Of a stretch of DNA of 64,000 bases, positions 26,092 through 37,609 are shown piece after piece (within the stretch, counting starts at the first letter, position 1; the number at the start of each line of letters is the position of its first letter). The notes beneath the pieces are model-generated. The model saw only the letters and a list, made by a program, of their open reading frames with translations. It ran no database searches and had not been told where the DNA came from. A program made the translations under genes and the position numbers. The DNA lies in assembly GCA_001949185.1 (NCBI GenBank), contig BDGG01000001.1, positions 9,269,085 through 9,333,084 of the forward strand, in the 5' to 3' direction. The DNA comes from Ramazzottius varieornatus (lineage: Eukaryota > Animalia > Tardigrada).

Positions 26092-26251
26092 ATCACTGTT
26101 CGTCTCACTCGTTAGTCGTTAGTAAGTTACTGTACGATCATCTCTCCTGTTTTCCTTCGGAGTTCCGAATTCGGACCATCGTTGATCCTTCTCGTGACTG
26201 TCGAAATCCGGCTGCTTGCTCTGGAAGTCGACTGGAACGCCACGGGGCTGC

Positions 26252-27987
26252 ATGTTGGTAAGCGTATCACCGTAACGAGTCGATGTTTCTATAGGAAATG
26301 TGTTGGTTTTTCAGGCGTTTCATCCGATCATCTTTCGCATAATTCCCGGGTCCCTTACCGGCAAGAAGTATCTCGCGATGAGCTCTGTGATGAATGGACT
26401 GGCGGTGCGGGCAATACAGAATATAGTCAAGTCGGTCAGCGCGGTGGCGGAGTTTCTAGGACTTCAAGAACATGGACCAGCGAATGAGTTCCGGTCGGGC
26501 AAGCTGATCGCGACACACAATGGTGTCTTCCATGCCGACGAAGCTCTGGCTTGCTTCCTTCTCGTGCAACTGCCCGAATATCAAGACGCAACTATACTTA
26601 GGTAGGTTAGACTGACTTGGTGATGTCGGTTTCCCTGTGTCCATGTAGTGAGTGATTGTTGTTGATCCATTGAAGTACGTTATCATCGTTGTTATTGTTG
26701 TTGGTTAGGAGTCGAACAGCGGAAGTTTACGATAAGTGTGACATTGTGGTGGACGTCGGCGGAACTTACGATGCGTCCAGACGTCGCTTTGATCACCATC
26801 AGCGCTCCTTTTCGGAGACACTAAGTTCGGTGCAGCCTGGAAAGCCATGGACGATCAAGTTAAGTAGCGCCGGACTTGTGTATTGTCATTTTGGTCGGCA
26901 AGTCATCGCACAAATGCTCAGGCTGGACTTGCAATCCGAGGCTGATGCTAAGGTAGTGGAATTGCTATATGACAAGATTTACGAGAACTTAATCCAAGAG
27001 ATGGACGCCATCGACAACGGTGTGCCTCAAAGCGACCAGCCACTCAGGTACGCCGAGACTACCTTTGCCGGCAGTACAGTAGAATCCTGTCGATAAAAGT
27101 GTTCTCTCTTAGGTATTCCGTCAGTACTGGCTTGAGTAGTCGCGTAAAGAGACTCAATCCTTGCTGGAACGATTCCGACAAATCAACCGATGTACGTATG
27201 AGAAATTTCGGACAAAGTCCTTTTGTAGTTTCTACCATCACTGGGGTCGGAGTTGAAAGCAAATAAAAGTTGGATGGACGTTTCGGTGTTGTTCTCGATA
27301 GAACCTATTCTCGAAAGTTTCGGATCAGTGCATAACAGTGATTTTTCTGTAGGAGAGGTTCAAATCGGCGATGTCCGTGACGGGCGCAGAGTTCTCGTCC
27401 AAGCTGGCCTTCTATTACGAAGCTTGGCTTCCGGCCCGTCACTTGGTGGAGGCTGCCGTGAGGGGGCGGTTCCAGGTGGATGCCAGCGGGGAAATCATCC
27501 GGCTAGAGACGGGCGGCTGTCCTTGGCAAGACCACCTATTCCAGCTGGAAGAAGAGAACAACCTCCAACCGCTGATCAAGTACACACTGTATCAAGACGA
27601 TAATCGGCAGTGGCGTGTCCAGGCAGTTCCTCTGGCTCGGGACTCCTTCGCTTCACGGTAGGAAATTATAACGTAGTTGCAACCGGTGAACTTTTTCCGA
27701 CCTTATGATGAGACGAGCGGTTTCTTACGTTGGCAAAATGTAGAATTCATGGCAGGTTACCTTTACCGGAAGCGTGGCGTGGCCTCAACAACGAAGTACT
27801 CTCCGCCGTCAGCGGCATACCTGACTGTGTCTTCACACATCACTCCGGCTTTATCGGGGGCAACAAAACTTACGACGGCGTTATGAAAATGGCTTTACTT
27901 TCACTGAGTCTTAATCAACAGTCGTCCGCTAACCAAAACAATTCTAACAAGATGCTAGAGCCCACTCAGAAGGTTGTTCCAGTTTAG
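26252..27987 (+). CDS. MYG1: MYG1 exonuclease (UPF0160, DHH family), multi-exon
   Basis: [16 protein letters not shown]; [11 protein letters not shown]...FDHHQR; [13 protein letters not shown]; DAIDNG; GCPWQDHL; [11 protein letters not shown]; [15 protein letters not shown]. Start is either ATG 26252 (6-nt coding microexon) or ATG 26378. Confidence 0.93.
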
Positions 27988-28099
27988 TCTAATACTAGCT
28001 ATCGAAATATGCGTCGTATGTATTCTGGATAAACTTCGCGAAATAGTTGACTTTTTCATAAACGAATTAATATAGAAGTTCGGAGAAAACGACAATAAA

Positions 28100-30300
28100 A
28101 ATAATGGAGCGAGATAACAGACGCATTCTGGAAAAATCACCTCGGGAGAGCGCCGCGTTTCCGCTGCTGGTTTTGTCGTCCACCATCGTTCTTGGAGTAG
28201 GCTGTGAAGTATCGACCAGCTTGACCGCCTTTCTTATAAACCCCACGACGGCTTCTGGGAGCATTCGCGGCGGAAATAAAGCGCTTAGAGGCTGGGGAAG
28301 TTTCACGTTGCGACTCTTCGTTGTCGGACGGTCCTTCGCTCTCCATCTGATCACTTTTCCTCTTGTTACGACTCTGAAACTCTCGCTGTATCGTCTCATC
28401 CACCGAGAAATTTCTAAGGATGAAAGAAGAGTATCAACGCACTTTCATCTGATGCATGCCCCACTTCTTCGCAATTGCTTTCCATGAAACTGATAACTCC
28501 ACAATGTCCACGCATGGCATTTCACAACATAATCATGGGTAACATCGCACTTGACTGGTTAAACAGGGTGTTTCCAGTTATATTGCATCGTTTTTGACGT
28601 TTCGGGAAAAATTCACTTCGAACCTGGTTTCGCTGCCTCACCGCTCTTCGGATAGAGCGTTCTCTAAACTTGCGACCTTAAGTGCTTTCCTGCGCTCAAC
28701 TTTGATTGGTTGATTTCGGAGGGTTCCATACTTTCGCTCATAAGTTTTCAGGAGGCCCCCGATCTCGACGAAACTTTCCAGTAACGTTCTCAGGAGCCAT
28801 CCCTGTGTGTGAACAAAATACAGCAACAAAACCATCAGGTACAAAGTTGTCGTGGTGCGTCAAAAATGATTCAGTCAACTGGAAACACCCTGTACATGTG
28901 TATCATGCCTATAATGTGCACTTGCATACCTGTCATTCTCGAATCTCTGCGTCGATTCCATATTTTCTTCCTCTTCGTAGATTTCCGCATCTCCCCCAGC
29001 CAAACAGCTCTAAAGGAAGAACGCAAAACCAACTATTACTAGGAACGAAATCCACAACAAACTCTTTAAATCGTACTTCGATTTGTGGGTTGATCCCGTG
29101 GAAAGAAAAGCGTCCCAAAACTAGGTCATATAAGCGCGACAAACTGTACTCCTCTTCCACTCGAAACACCCTGCATACCCCGAAATTGTTAGTAACGAAA
29201 CGGTGTTTCACCGAGTTGATCAGATGGAAAAAGATGGAGCAGAAGGCACAGAGAGAAATTACCCCGGAAGTTGCTGGCGAAGCTCCATCTCCCGACGATT
29301 GCTCTCAAACAGGGTCAAAGCCTGCCCCGTCGCCGGCAGCCTGGAATGCGCAGATGTGGTTTCCGAGTCATCCCCAGTAGATCTCTTCATAAACTGTAAA
29401 ACAGAACACGTTTTACTGACTGAAGAGCTTAAAAGTTAAATCTTATGTATTGCGGGAAAAAAACATGGTTGCACTGGAAATAACTCAGATCTTCCGGACA
29501 GGGCTCACTATATCCATACCTTCAGATTCATCAAAGTTTTAGAGAACGTAAAATTTCGCTGGGCTGGAAATGTAGCCGTCATCTTGATAGGATGTCTTAG
29601 GGTACAGGAACCACAAGCGAAAAACAGATTCCCGGGAAATTCGTCAAGGCGTCAGGCTGTCGGTCCTGCCTAGCTCTCCCTATCCTTCCAGCATACCACA
29701 GCAAGCTTCTTCGGTATCCTCTATGTGTTGGAGAGCGAGAGACAGATGTATCCAAAGTTGTTCCCGACGAGGGCACTTTTGCTTTCCAGCCACGAACAGG
29801 ATCCAGAATCCAGACTCCAGATTCCGCCGCGGACGAGATCCCGAGAAGATTGAAGCTGTTCGAATTAAATGCTCATAAATCAATTTCCGTCCGTCAATCA
29901 ACCGAGAATGGTTGGTTGCGAAATCAAATCCCGAGATCGAAGGGTCCACCCGTGTGTCCCGGGGCAAAAGGGGCTCCGGCAGCAAACTGGGTTCTGCGTT
30001 TTGACCTTACTTTTGGCGGTTACGGGAAATTACTGATCGTTCCGGGCATCATCTCCTTCGAATCTCGATTATCGATTTATCGGTACCGTTCCTCAGGTCA
30101 GGGAGACGAATGAGTGATGAAGCAGGTACATCTGCCTCCGTATAATGGCTCTTCACCGCCGACACTGACGAACGGAGAACTGGCCATGGGAAGATCGGGG
30201 AACAACGACGCCGAAGGAAGAAAGGTAGGTTGAATAATTGGGCCTATTATTGGCCATCGATTATCAGAAAATCCCCAGAGCATATCTACTACGTGATCCA
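28100..30300 (-). CDS. Possible multi-exon gene of unknown function
   Basis: A run of minus-strand ORFs (30098-30301, 29680-29985, 28933-29211, 28638-28844, 28137-28403) bounded by plausible GT/AG sites. No motif recognised and no full in-frame model built. Confidence 0.3.
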
Positions 30301-30499
30301 CGCTCTCGCTAGCTTCCGTTGGTTGACAGGTAACCTTTGCACCCTCAAGTCAAACTCGATTATGATCTTCATGGACCATTAGCCACCACATGAACGATCG
30401 AATCCACCACAGACTGTGCTGGAATGTACGCACAAGCTCTCTCGTGTATAACAAAGCTCCATCTGCTTAGTTTCGCGATTTTGTTTGCAGGCTCTAGAA

Positions 30500-32146
30500 A
30501 TGCTGCCGCTACAAACTCCAGCTAGCAAAACGATGGAGAAAGGTTGGAGAGGGCCGGACGATAGGATGGACGACGACGCACAACTGCTGCCACAACCGAA
30601 GCCATCAAACTCGCGCAACTTGACCGGAAGTCATCGCTACACATGGAAGTTTATCGCCTTCTTCCTGCTGACGGCCAGTCTTTTCTACCTCTTCATTTCC
30701 CAGTCCACCAGCGGGACTACCTTTGATATTTACCGTCGATCCCAGCGTTGGTCAGCAGCGTCATGCACTACGGACGCTGCTTTCGACAGACCACCCGGTC
30801 TGATGCCGGACACGAAAATTATCCTCTTCTGGACAAGGTTCTTCAGTGACTGGGATGTCCCCTATTTACACGACAAAATGGCCGCCTGTTTCGAGCAGAA
30901 ATGCTTGCTAACCGATGACCGACGCTACTTACAGGCAGGTACCCAACTATTTCCCCACAAATAATGGCGAGCGTTCAAGAAACTCAAATTCAACCGATCG
31001 TCTTCTCATAATTCCTTATTGTGCGCGACGTCACAGCAGCCAAAGCTGCAACGACGTCACTGCATACCAGCCTGAGCCGGAAGTTTGATGACTGATGCGA
31101 CTAGCTGACTAGCTTTTGTACTTACAGGCTAGTTCAGCCATTGTTTTCCACGTTCGGGACGACCTCAACTTGGCGGACCTCCCTAGATGTCGTTCTCCCA
31201 AACAACTCTACGTCTTTTTCCTTCTGGAAGCTGTCCCGTATACGAACAGAGACCTGAAGTTGTGGGCGGGCTTTTTCAACCTCACTTGGACGTACCGTCG
31301 AGATTCAGTAAGGAAGAAAGTCACTTCTTACGAGCCAGTCTGTATAATATATCGAACGTTGCTTTTGTTCAAAGGATGTCTTCAACTCGTTCTACATGGA
31401 GAAATACCATGCGGCGTTATGGAGCAATGTATCAGCAGCCACCCAAGCGTTGAAGGCAAAGAAGAATCGTGCCCTCGTCTTCTCCAGCCACTGTCCGACG
31501 TCCAGCCGGCGCGAAGAGTACATTGCCGAGTTGCAGCGTTACTTCCCCGTCGATATAGTCGGCTCGTGTGGACCAGGTCGTGTCGATTGCCCCAAGCATG
31601 ACACAACGTGCGATCGAAGACTGATTCCTACGTACAAGTTCTACCTGGCCTTCGAGAACAGGTACTGGCATCCTGCTTCTTCATACCTTCCTTTCGTCCA
31701 ACCTCCGTTTTTCTTTCTCTAGTTATTGTGACGATTACGTGACGGAGAAAGTGATGAGAGCGCTGAATTTCGAAAGTCTTCCCGTGGTATACGGCGCAGC
31801 CAACTACTCGCACTTCATGCCACCCCATTCATTCATCAACACTGCCAGCTTTCCTTCCCCGAAAGATTTAGCAGCTTACCTGTGGAACTTGACCCGAAAC
31901 CCGTTGGAGTATGCCCAGTACTTTCAATGGAAGTTGAACGCCAACTACACTCGCGTAAGGGACAAGTTGGCTCAACCGGAAGTGGCTTCCACCTGTGGCC
32001 TCTGCCGTCTTCTGCATGACAAGTTTTTTAGAGGGAAACGCTACGACGACCTACACGGATGGTGGGTGGAAAAGGGCAATTGCTCCCTACCGACATGGTT
32101 CCACCCCCAGCGAAAGCCAAGATCGCAGTTTACCATGCTAACCTAG
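30500..32146 (+). CDS. Alpha-1,3-fucosyltransferase (GT10), type II membrane protein, 4 exons
   Basis: TM helix KFIAFFLLTASLFYLFI; KIILFWTRFF; AIVFH; FFNLTWTYRRDS; alpha-1,3-FucT motif YKFYLAFEN..CDDYVTEK; PPHSFIN..FPSPKDLA. Confidence 0.93.
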
Positions 32147-32540
32147 ACTATTTCATTTGAATCTTCACCAATTTGTTCTGCTTTTGACCCAAATGAAGCT
32201 TATCAGGATTGAAGGCTCACAGTATTTTTCCCCAGTGCCGAATCAAGTAATTGTTGACTAATACTAAAATTCTTCTGACTTTTTGTTCAGTGTACATGTT
32301 TTTTATTTTGTTTTTATGATGGTTTGTCACGCATGACGGAATAGCTTTGATATTCGACTCTGATTCGCATGTCTTTCCGGAGCCACTAAGCTGGCTCCTT
32401 TGCTGAAAACTAGATCGATGTTGGGTATGCATGGGAAATGGTTGTTCGCGCGCACTCTAGTACTAGGAGATGGGAGTCTGTAACGAATAGACCGGCGTAA
32501 AGTTCTGAGGAACTTCACCAGTAAGGACGGATACTTCGTA

Positions 32541-32600
32541 CTGTATTACCTCTAAGGTTTCGCGCAGTCACGTGACAGGCCAGTAAACATTGCGTGGCGG
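32541..32600. mobile_element. Isolated pogo-family terminal inverted repeat (third TIR)
   Basis: TA|CTGTATTACCTCTAAGGTTTCGCGCAG matches the reverse complement of the 36506-36532 TIR at 20 of 27 positions, and similarity continues into the subterminal sequence (gcagt..acgt..agg.ccagta). Confidence 0.6.
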
Positions 32601-32667
32601 GGATAAAAAACTTCACTGCCAGCAATCAAAAATTCTTCGCCAATCAAGCGCAGCAATGTGCCACAAT

Positions 32668-32850
32668 TAGTGCTGGCAACGATACGGTATACCGATATCG
32701 TATCGAATCAAATCGAATCTTTGCGCTAAAATATGCGGCAGATATCGTATCGAAAATATCGATATGAAGCTCATATTGAACAAAGCAATAAATTATTCGG
32801 CGATATCGTATCGCGCCATATCGATATATTATCGATATATCGGTACTTTG
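32668..32850. mobile_element. hAT-like transposon end with ATCG/GATAT-rich subterminal repeats; partner end not found
   Basis: Begins TAGTGCTGGCAACGATA, followed by dense CGATAT/ATATCG/GTATCG motifs, a pattern typical of non-autonomous hAT ends. Confidence 0.5.
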
Positions 32851-32936
32851 CTGAATGGCAGACTCCCCAGTGATATCTCGTTTACGGAAGACCATGGTTG
32901 ATTGAAAATTCGCACAACCATAGCAGGGAGAGCTAG

Positions 32937-33814
32937 CTACCAAACAAGGAATGAGGGAGCGTTCTTTCCGCCTTCGTCCAGGTTCTCACTCGTCCATTTC
33001 CATGTCCGACTGGCTCCGTCGTTTCCGGTTTGATGCTGGAGCTGGTCCATGTGTGTGGTTGGGTTTTCGCTGTCCGTCGCGAGGGTCTTCTTCGTCGACT
33101 TGGGCTCGCCCTCCGAACCTGGTAGTACCGACGGGAGGGTGATCCGCCTGGCTCGGCGGGTCCAGGTTCTGGTGGCTTTTCGGGGGCCATCCTCCTCCGC
33201 AGTTCCGGTGGCAGTATCCCCGTTGTCCGTCACTATCACGTCCACTGCCACGTCCACTGCCACGTCCACTGCCACGTCCAGCGCCATGGCCGCCCCCATG
33301 ACCACCACCGCATCCGTCAGAGCGGCCATAAGCACCGCCACGCCCACCGTAGCCCCGACCTCGGTTTCTGTTACAGTGGTGAGGCGGTTGATTGCCAAGG
33401 CGACGGTGGTCGAAGGGCTTGCGCGGCGGGCCGATCGACCCCAAGTTGATCTTCACATCCGGTTGACCCGTACCGACGGGGCTGTTGGTAACCGCTGATA
33501 CATGGTAGGAGCTGGCCTGAGAGACGCGAAGGCTGGACGGCTGGATGGCCAGGGCCGATGGATGGAACAGCTGGTTGGGTCGCTCCAGTGGCTAGTTGGT
33601 TCGCTGTCATCCCATGTAGGATCAGCCACTCATCGGCTGTGAATCTCGTTTGAGAGAGAGTTCCCAGCAGTAGCGTACCCGCTGAGGGACCGAGGGAAAA
33701 GCCAAACGGGGATGCTAGCAAGAAACCCATAGGACATCCCGTGGTCAGTCCTGACATCTGATAAGTAGCATAGGCTACAGTCATTCCTCCGAACATGCTG
33801 AAGGGGGAACTCAT
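32937..33814 (-). pseudogene. Frameshifted ORF with hydrophobic N-terminal part and RGG/GRGS-rich C-terminal part, downstream of the LINE fragment
   Basis: ATG 33814 preceded by a TTTTCAG acceptor. Overlapping frames 33371-33814 and 32986-33456 (RGRGYGGRGG...GRGSGRGSGRGSGR). 12-bp tandem repeat CCACTGCCACGT x3 at about 33240-33280. Confidence 0.45.
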
Positions 33815-33919
33815 AATCTGAAAATAGCATTTGGTTACTTCCTATGTCCGGTCATCTGTCCATTTTTTACGAAGCCGTGAGTGCAAAGAGCGCGGAAGCG
33901 CTCTCAGAGGCATGTAGGC

Positions 33920-34839
33920 GTGTCATACGCTACTGATCGCCAGTGAGGGAGTTTGATGGACAGTTTTTAGGCATGCTTTGGTGAGAACGGGATGACCTAA
34001 GACTTTATGGAAGAACTTTGTGAATAGCAGACAAGCACGCACCTGTGCAGCGGTTGGACAGCGCACCTGACACGAAACTGATTCAGCTCGAGAACCCGAG
34101 TTCGCAGAGGTCGCCTGTAAGGTCTCGACGAGGACCGTCAAAGAGAGGACATATAGTCATAAAATGCGCTATGTTCTCGATTCCGACTAAGCAGAGACGG
34201 CACTTCCGGTCTTCCTGGTGAACGCGAGTGGTGGATGATCCCCATTGGCTTGTTTCAACTGACAGATTGAACGATGATACAAGAACGCGGCACGATATGT
34301 CGCCAGTCCAACAGGGAACTTAGAACTGTCGGAAAGCCAACCTGGCAGTTCATCGGAAAGGAAAACTTTCACAAGAAGGTCGAGCTTTGGTGAGAGAGCA
34401 ACCATTCCGTGAATGGCTGCAAGGAACTGGTTCTTGGCTAATGCGAAGAACTCCGAGTGGTTAAAGCAGGATATTTTCGCCATTGAGACCCTTACAGAGT
34501 CTAAATCATTTAGCAAGAAGATAGGCTGCAAGAAGCGTTTGTACAGGGTTCCCCGTAACTTACGGTCAGCTAGGATCTGCTTTAAGGCACAAGTTTCAAG
34601 CTCGTCCACCGACGAGCGAGCTGTTGTCATATAGAACTGTACGGTCATCTCGGCAATTTGAAAGCTCAGCGGAAGCAGACCCGTTATGTGATACACCCCG
34701 TGGTCAGGCGACGTTCGCCTTACTTCCAAAAGGGATTTGAGACAGCGGGGAAAGACCTGATTCATATTAGTAAAGACCTACTTGACCCGCGAGCTCCTGA
34801 CGTCACAGTTGGTGCCCTATTTGAAAATGACAATCCCAT
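33920..34839 (-). mobile_element. 3' fragment of a non-LTR retrotransposon ORF2, degraded
   Basis: CLKSLLEVRRTSPDHGVYHITGLLPL resembles the post-RT region of LINE ORF2. After a frameshift comes the terminal CCHC knuckle CRLCLVGIENIAHFMTICPLF (about 34203-34140). Confidence 0.75.
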
Positions 34840-34841
34840 TA

Positions 34842-36532
34842 CTGTGTTTCCTCAAGAGTTCTACGCAGCACGTGATGTCTTCCGTAAATTACACCCGGGT
34901 TGAGACCACACACCTACACATACAAAACCGACAATCAGACTACATGGATCAGGACTAAAATCACTCTTCCTCCCAATCTTCGCTCTCTACCGAGCTGAAG
35001 CTACATTCAAATGCACAATCCAGATCATTCAAGTCTTTAACCAGGTCTTCCTGGCTTGCTAACATATATAACGGCTCAGGCATAATTTGAGCAGCCACAA
35101 AAGAATTTCCTACTGTTGTCACTTTACTTTCTCCCAAGCTTCCGAGACAAAATCGATGAAATCCTGACGGCCTAGTTTCTTTAAATATCCTTTTTTGGTC
35201 ACTTCAGTGCGCTGGTCACGCTACGTATGATACGATCGTCGCATATAACACTTGAATGGAGGGTTCGCACCAACATCAAGCGGTCGATAAGTTCCGGTGA
35301 GTCCGGCAGGAATCAACACTTGCTCGATTCTCATTTCTTCAAAAAGGAAATGACTTTCCACCTTGCAGTGTGCAGGTGTCCGGTCTCGAATCACACAGCC
35401 GCCGGCACAACATTCATCGAAGGTTTCTTTGATCCAGTGAAAGTCAAACGAAGCATTCCACCACCTTGAGTTGGTACTGTAAATGCGGACGTTTTCAGGC
35501 ACGACGAGTTTCTTTAAAATTCTGCTGGACAACTTTCCAGTTCTCGCGTTACTCTTGAACACGATGGAGGCTGGAACTTTCGTCCCATCGGCAGATATAG
35601 TGTGGCATACAGTAATGGATTCTGGATCACCAGGAGGTTGGACCACCCGAACTTCTTTCGCACCTTTGGGAGAAAGCGTCTTCTTGTACACGTTCTGAAG
35701 CCTGACAGAAGTTTGATCCATGTTAATTATTTTGAAAGGTGGTGTTCTCCTTATTGAAACGACTTCTTCGATTCTCCAAAGAAACGACTCTTCTGAAATC
35801 TGTAATCAAAAAGCGTAGTAATGAAGAACGCCTACTGTATCATAAAGCGGCGTATAACGTCGCGATGTAAACAGGACATAAACGTTTCACGAAACGCGGA
35901 TTAATTTATTATTGTTCACGTCATTGGTTTCGCGCAACAATGTTTTTATCATACCAGAGTCTTCATTTCCTTCGCTACAAGAAGCCCTATCTTTTGAAGA
36001 TCGAAGTTTCGCGTCGACAGGCACTTCTCTAGTCGATCCATATATCGACTGTACACCTCTTCTTCGAGCCTTGGATAAAAAACCTTTCTTCCGGCTTTTT
36101 TGATATTTTCGGGCAACTGACCGTTCCTGACAACGGATAATACAACGTACATCATGACTGTCGATCAATTTAACTTGTTTGAAACTTCAGTATCTTACTT
36201 CCATCTTCGAAGCGTAGATTCATGAATGCCGACGGTTTTCGCGTAGCCACGCAGACTTCCTTCCCATCTTTCTAGCGCTAGCAGATGCCGCTGAGCCTCA
36301 CCCAATGTGTCATTATCGTGATGGCTCCTATTTTCCATGATGCAGCAGAACAACACGAGACGAACCGATATACGTTACGCACAAGATTAAAGCGAGTAGA
36401 ATTAATCAGAATTTTCCACTGTCATGGTTTGTACTGGAAAATCAAACAATCAACGAATCTCGTGTCAAGATATACACGGGTGATATGTACTGGTCCTATA
36501 ACGTACTGCGTAGAACTCTTGAGGAAATACAG
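34842..36532 (-). mobile_element. pogo/Tigger-type (Tc1/mariner superfamily) DNA transposon with both TIRs and a degraded transposase
   Basis: 27-bp TIRs CTGT(G/A)TTTCCTCAAGAGTTCTACGCAG, flanked by TA on both sides. CENP-B-like HTH GRKVFYPRLEEEV. DDE_1 motifs NMDQT, ITVCHTISADGTK, IRDRTPAH and IPAGLTGTYRPLDVGANPPFK; stops and frameshifts present. Confidence 0.92.
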
Positions 36533-36577
36533 TAAATCTTGTCACGTTTTTACCGATATTTCTCCCGAGTTGCGAAG

Positions 36578-37609
36578 ATGGCGGAGCATATCTCAGACCC
36601 GTCAACGAACAGCTTAGCGGGATCTAGAGATGGAGACTGGCCCAGCACGTCTGAATCGTCCTACGAGATCCTTCAGCGAGCTGCTGATCGCGTCGCAAGT
36701 TCTGGTAAGAGTCACCAATGCAGTAACAGCTGATGCTCGTCGATTACTATAGCACTTTGTCTCACAACAGGGGCATTGAACCTTCCATTGGATCCATTTT
36801 GGGACATCGGGAACGCATCCAGTATCGTCCCCAGCGTGCTCGACCGAGGTTTGGATCACCTCGCAGATGCTTCACATGCACAGCAGTTAACAGCTGGTGG
36901 AATCTCTGGATGGTAATCCATGTTCTTACGTTCCTGACAGTCTCATCTGCAACATCTTGTCCTGTGTTGCAGGCTATCGGGATTTCTGTTCAACAAGATC
37001 GGTCGGCCAGTCTTGTATTTTGCTGGTGGATCCCTCATCATAATTCTGGTACATGTACAGTACTTGAAGGAACTTGTGGCGTCGTGACCACATGCATGCT
37101 CTGCTTGGGCAAACGAACTCGACAAGATAATCTTCCCAAGTGGCGTACGCCCGTGGCCGATGACACTGGGAGCGTGCACCACTCGGGAAAACGGTCTTGC
37201 ATAGTTCCTATTCCTTTGCAATAGTCTAGTAATATGCAGTACCTATGTAATATACACTGTAGTTCATGCCAATGTTGCTTTGCAGTTTATGGAACATCAG
37301 GGATACCTGAAGGTGGACTGGCACAAAGTTGGTCACGATGCTGGTGCAGGACGCAAAGTGGTGCAGAAAAAGATCCATGCTGTTCAGGAACAAATTAGTG
37401 CCATCACCACCAATCCTGCTGTAACACCGATCGTGCGCCGTCGTAATGGAAAACCTTGGTTGGATAAGGTCAGGATATAGTTACCGTGTTCACTTTGTGC
37501 GCCAGCAATAACAGTCAACTTGCTCTTGCAGCTAAAAATCTTGGCTGTAAGCAGCCCGTACTTATCCGGCGGATTTCTCGGCGGAGTTTTGCTCGGCTTA
37601 GCTTCTTGA
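36578..37609 (+). CDS. FUNDC1: FUN14-domain mitophagy receptor (FUNDC1/2), 5 exons
   Basis: LIR-type SESSYEIL; QLTAGGISGW|LSGFLFNKIGR...AGGSLIIIL|FMEHQGYLKVDWHKV; C-terminal SGGFLGGVLLGLAS then stop. Assembled from spliced exons not fully visible in the ORF track. Confidence 0.92.

Noticed and set aside
32567-32576. Perfect CLEAR/E-box GTCACGTGAC as a displaced TFEB-type promoter element for FUNDC
   Set aside because: It directly follows a pogo-like TIR, and a CACGTG also follows the 34842 TIR, so it is better explained as transposon terminal sequence.
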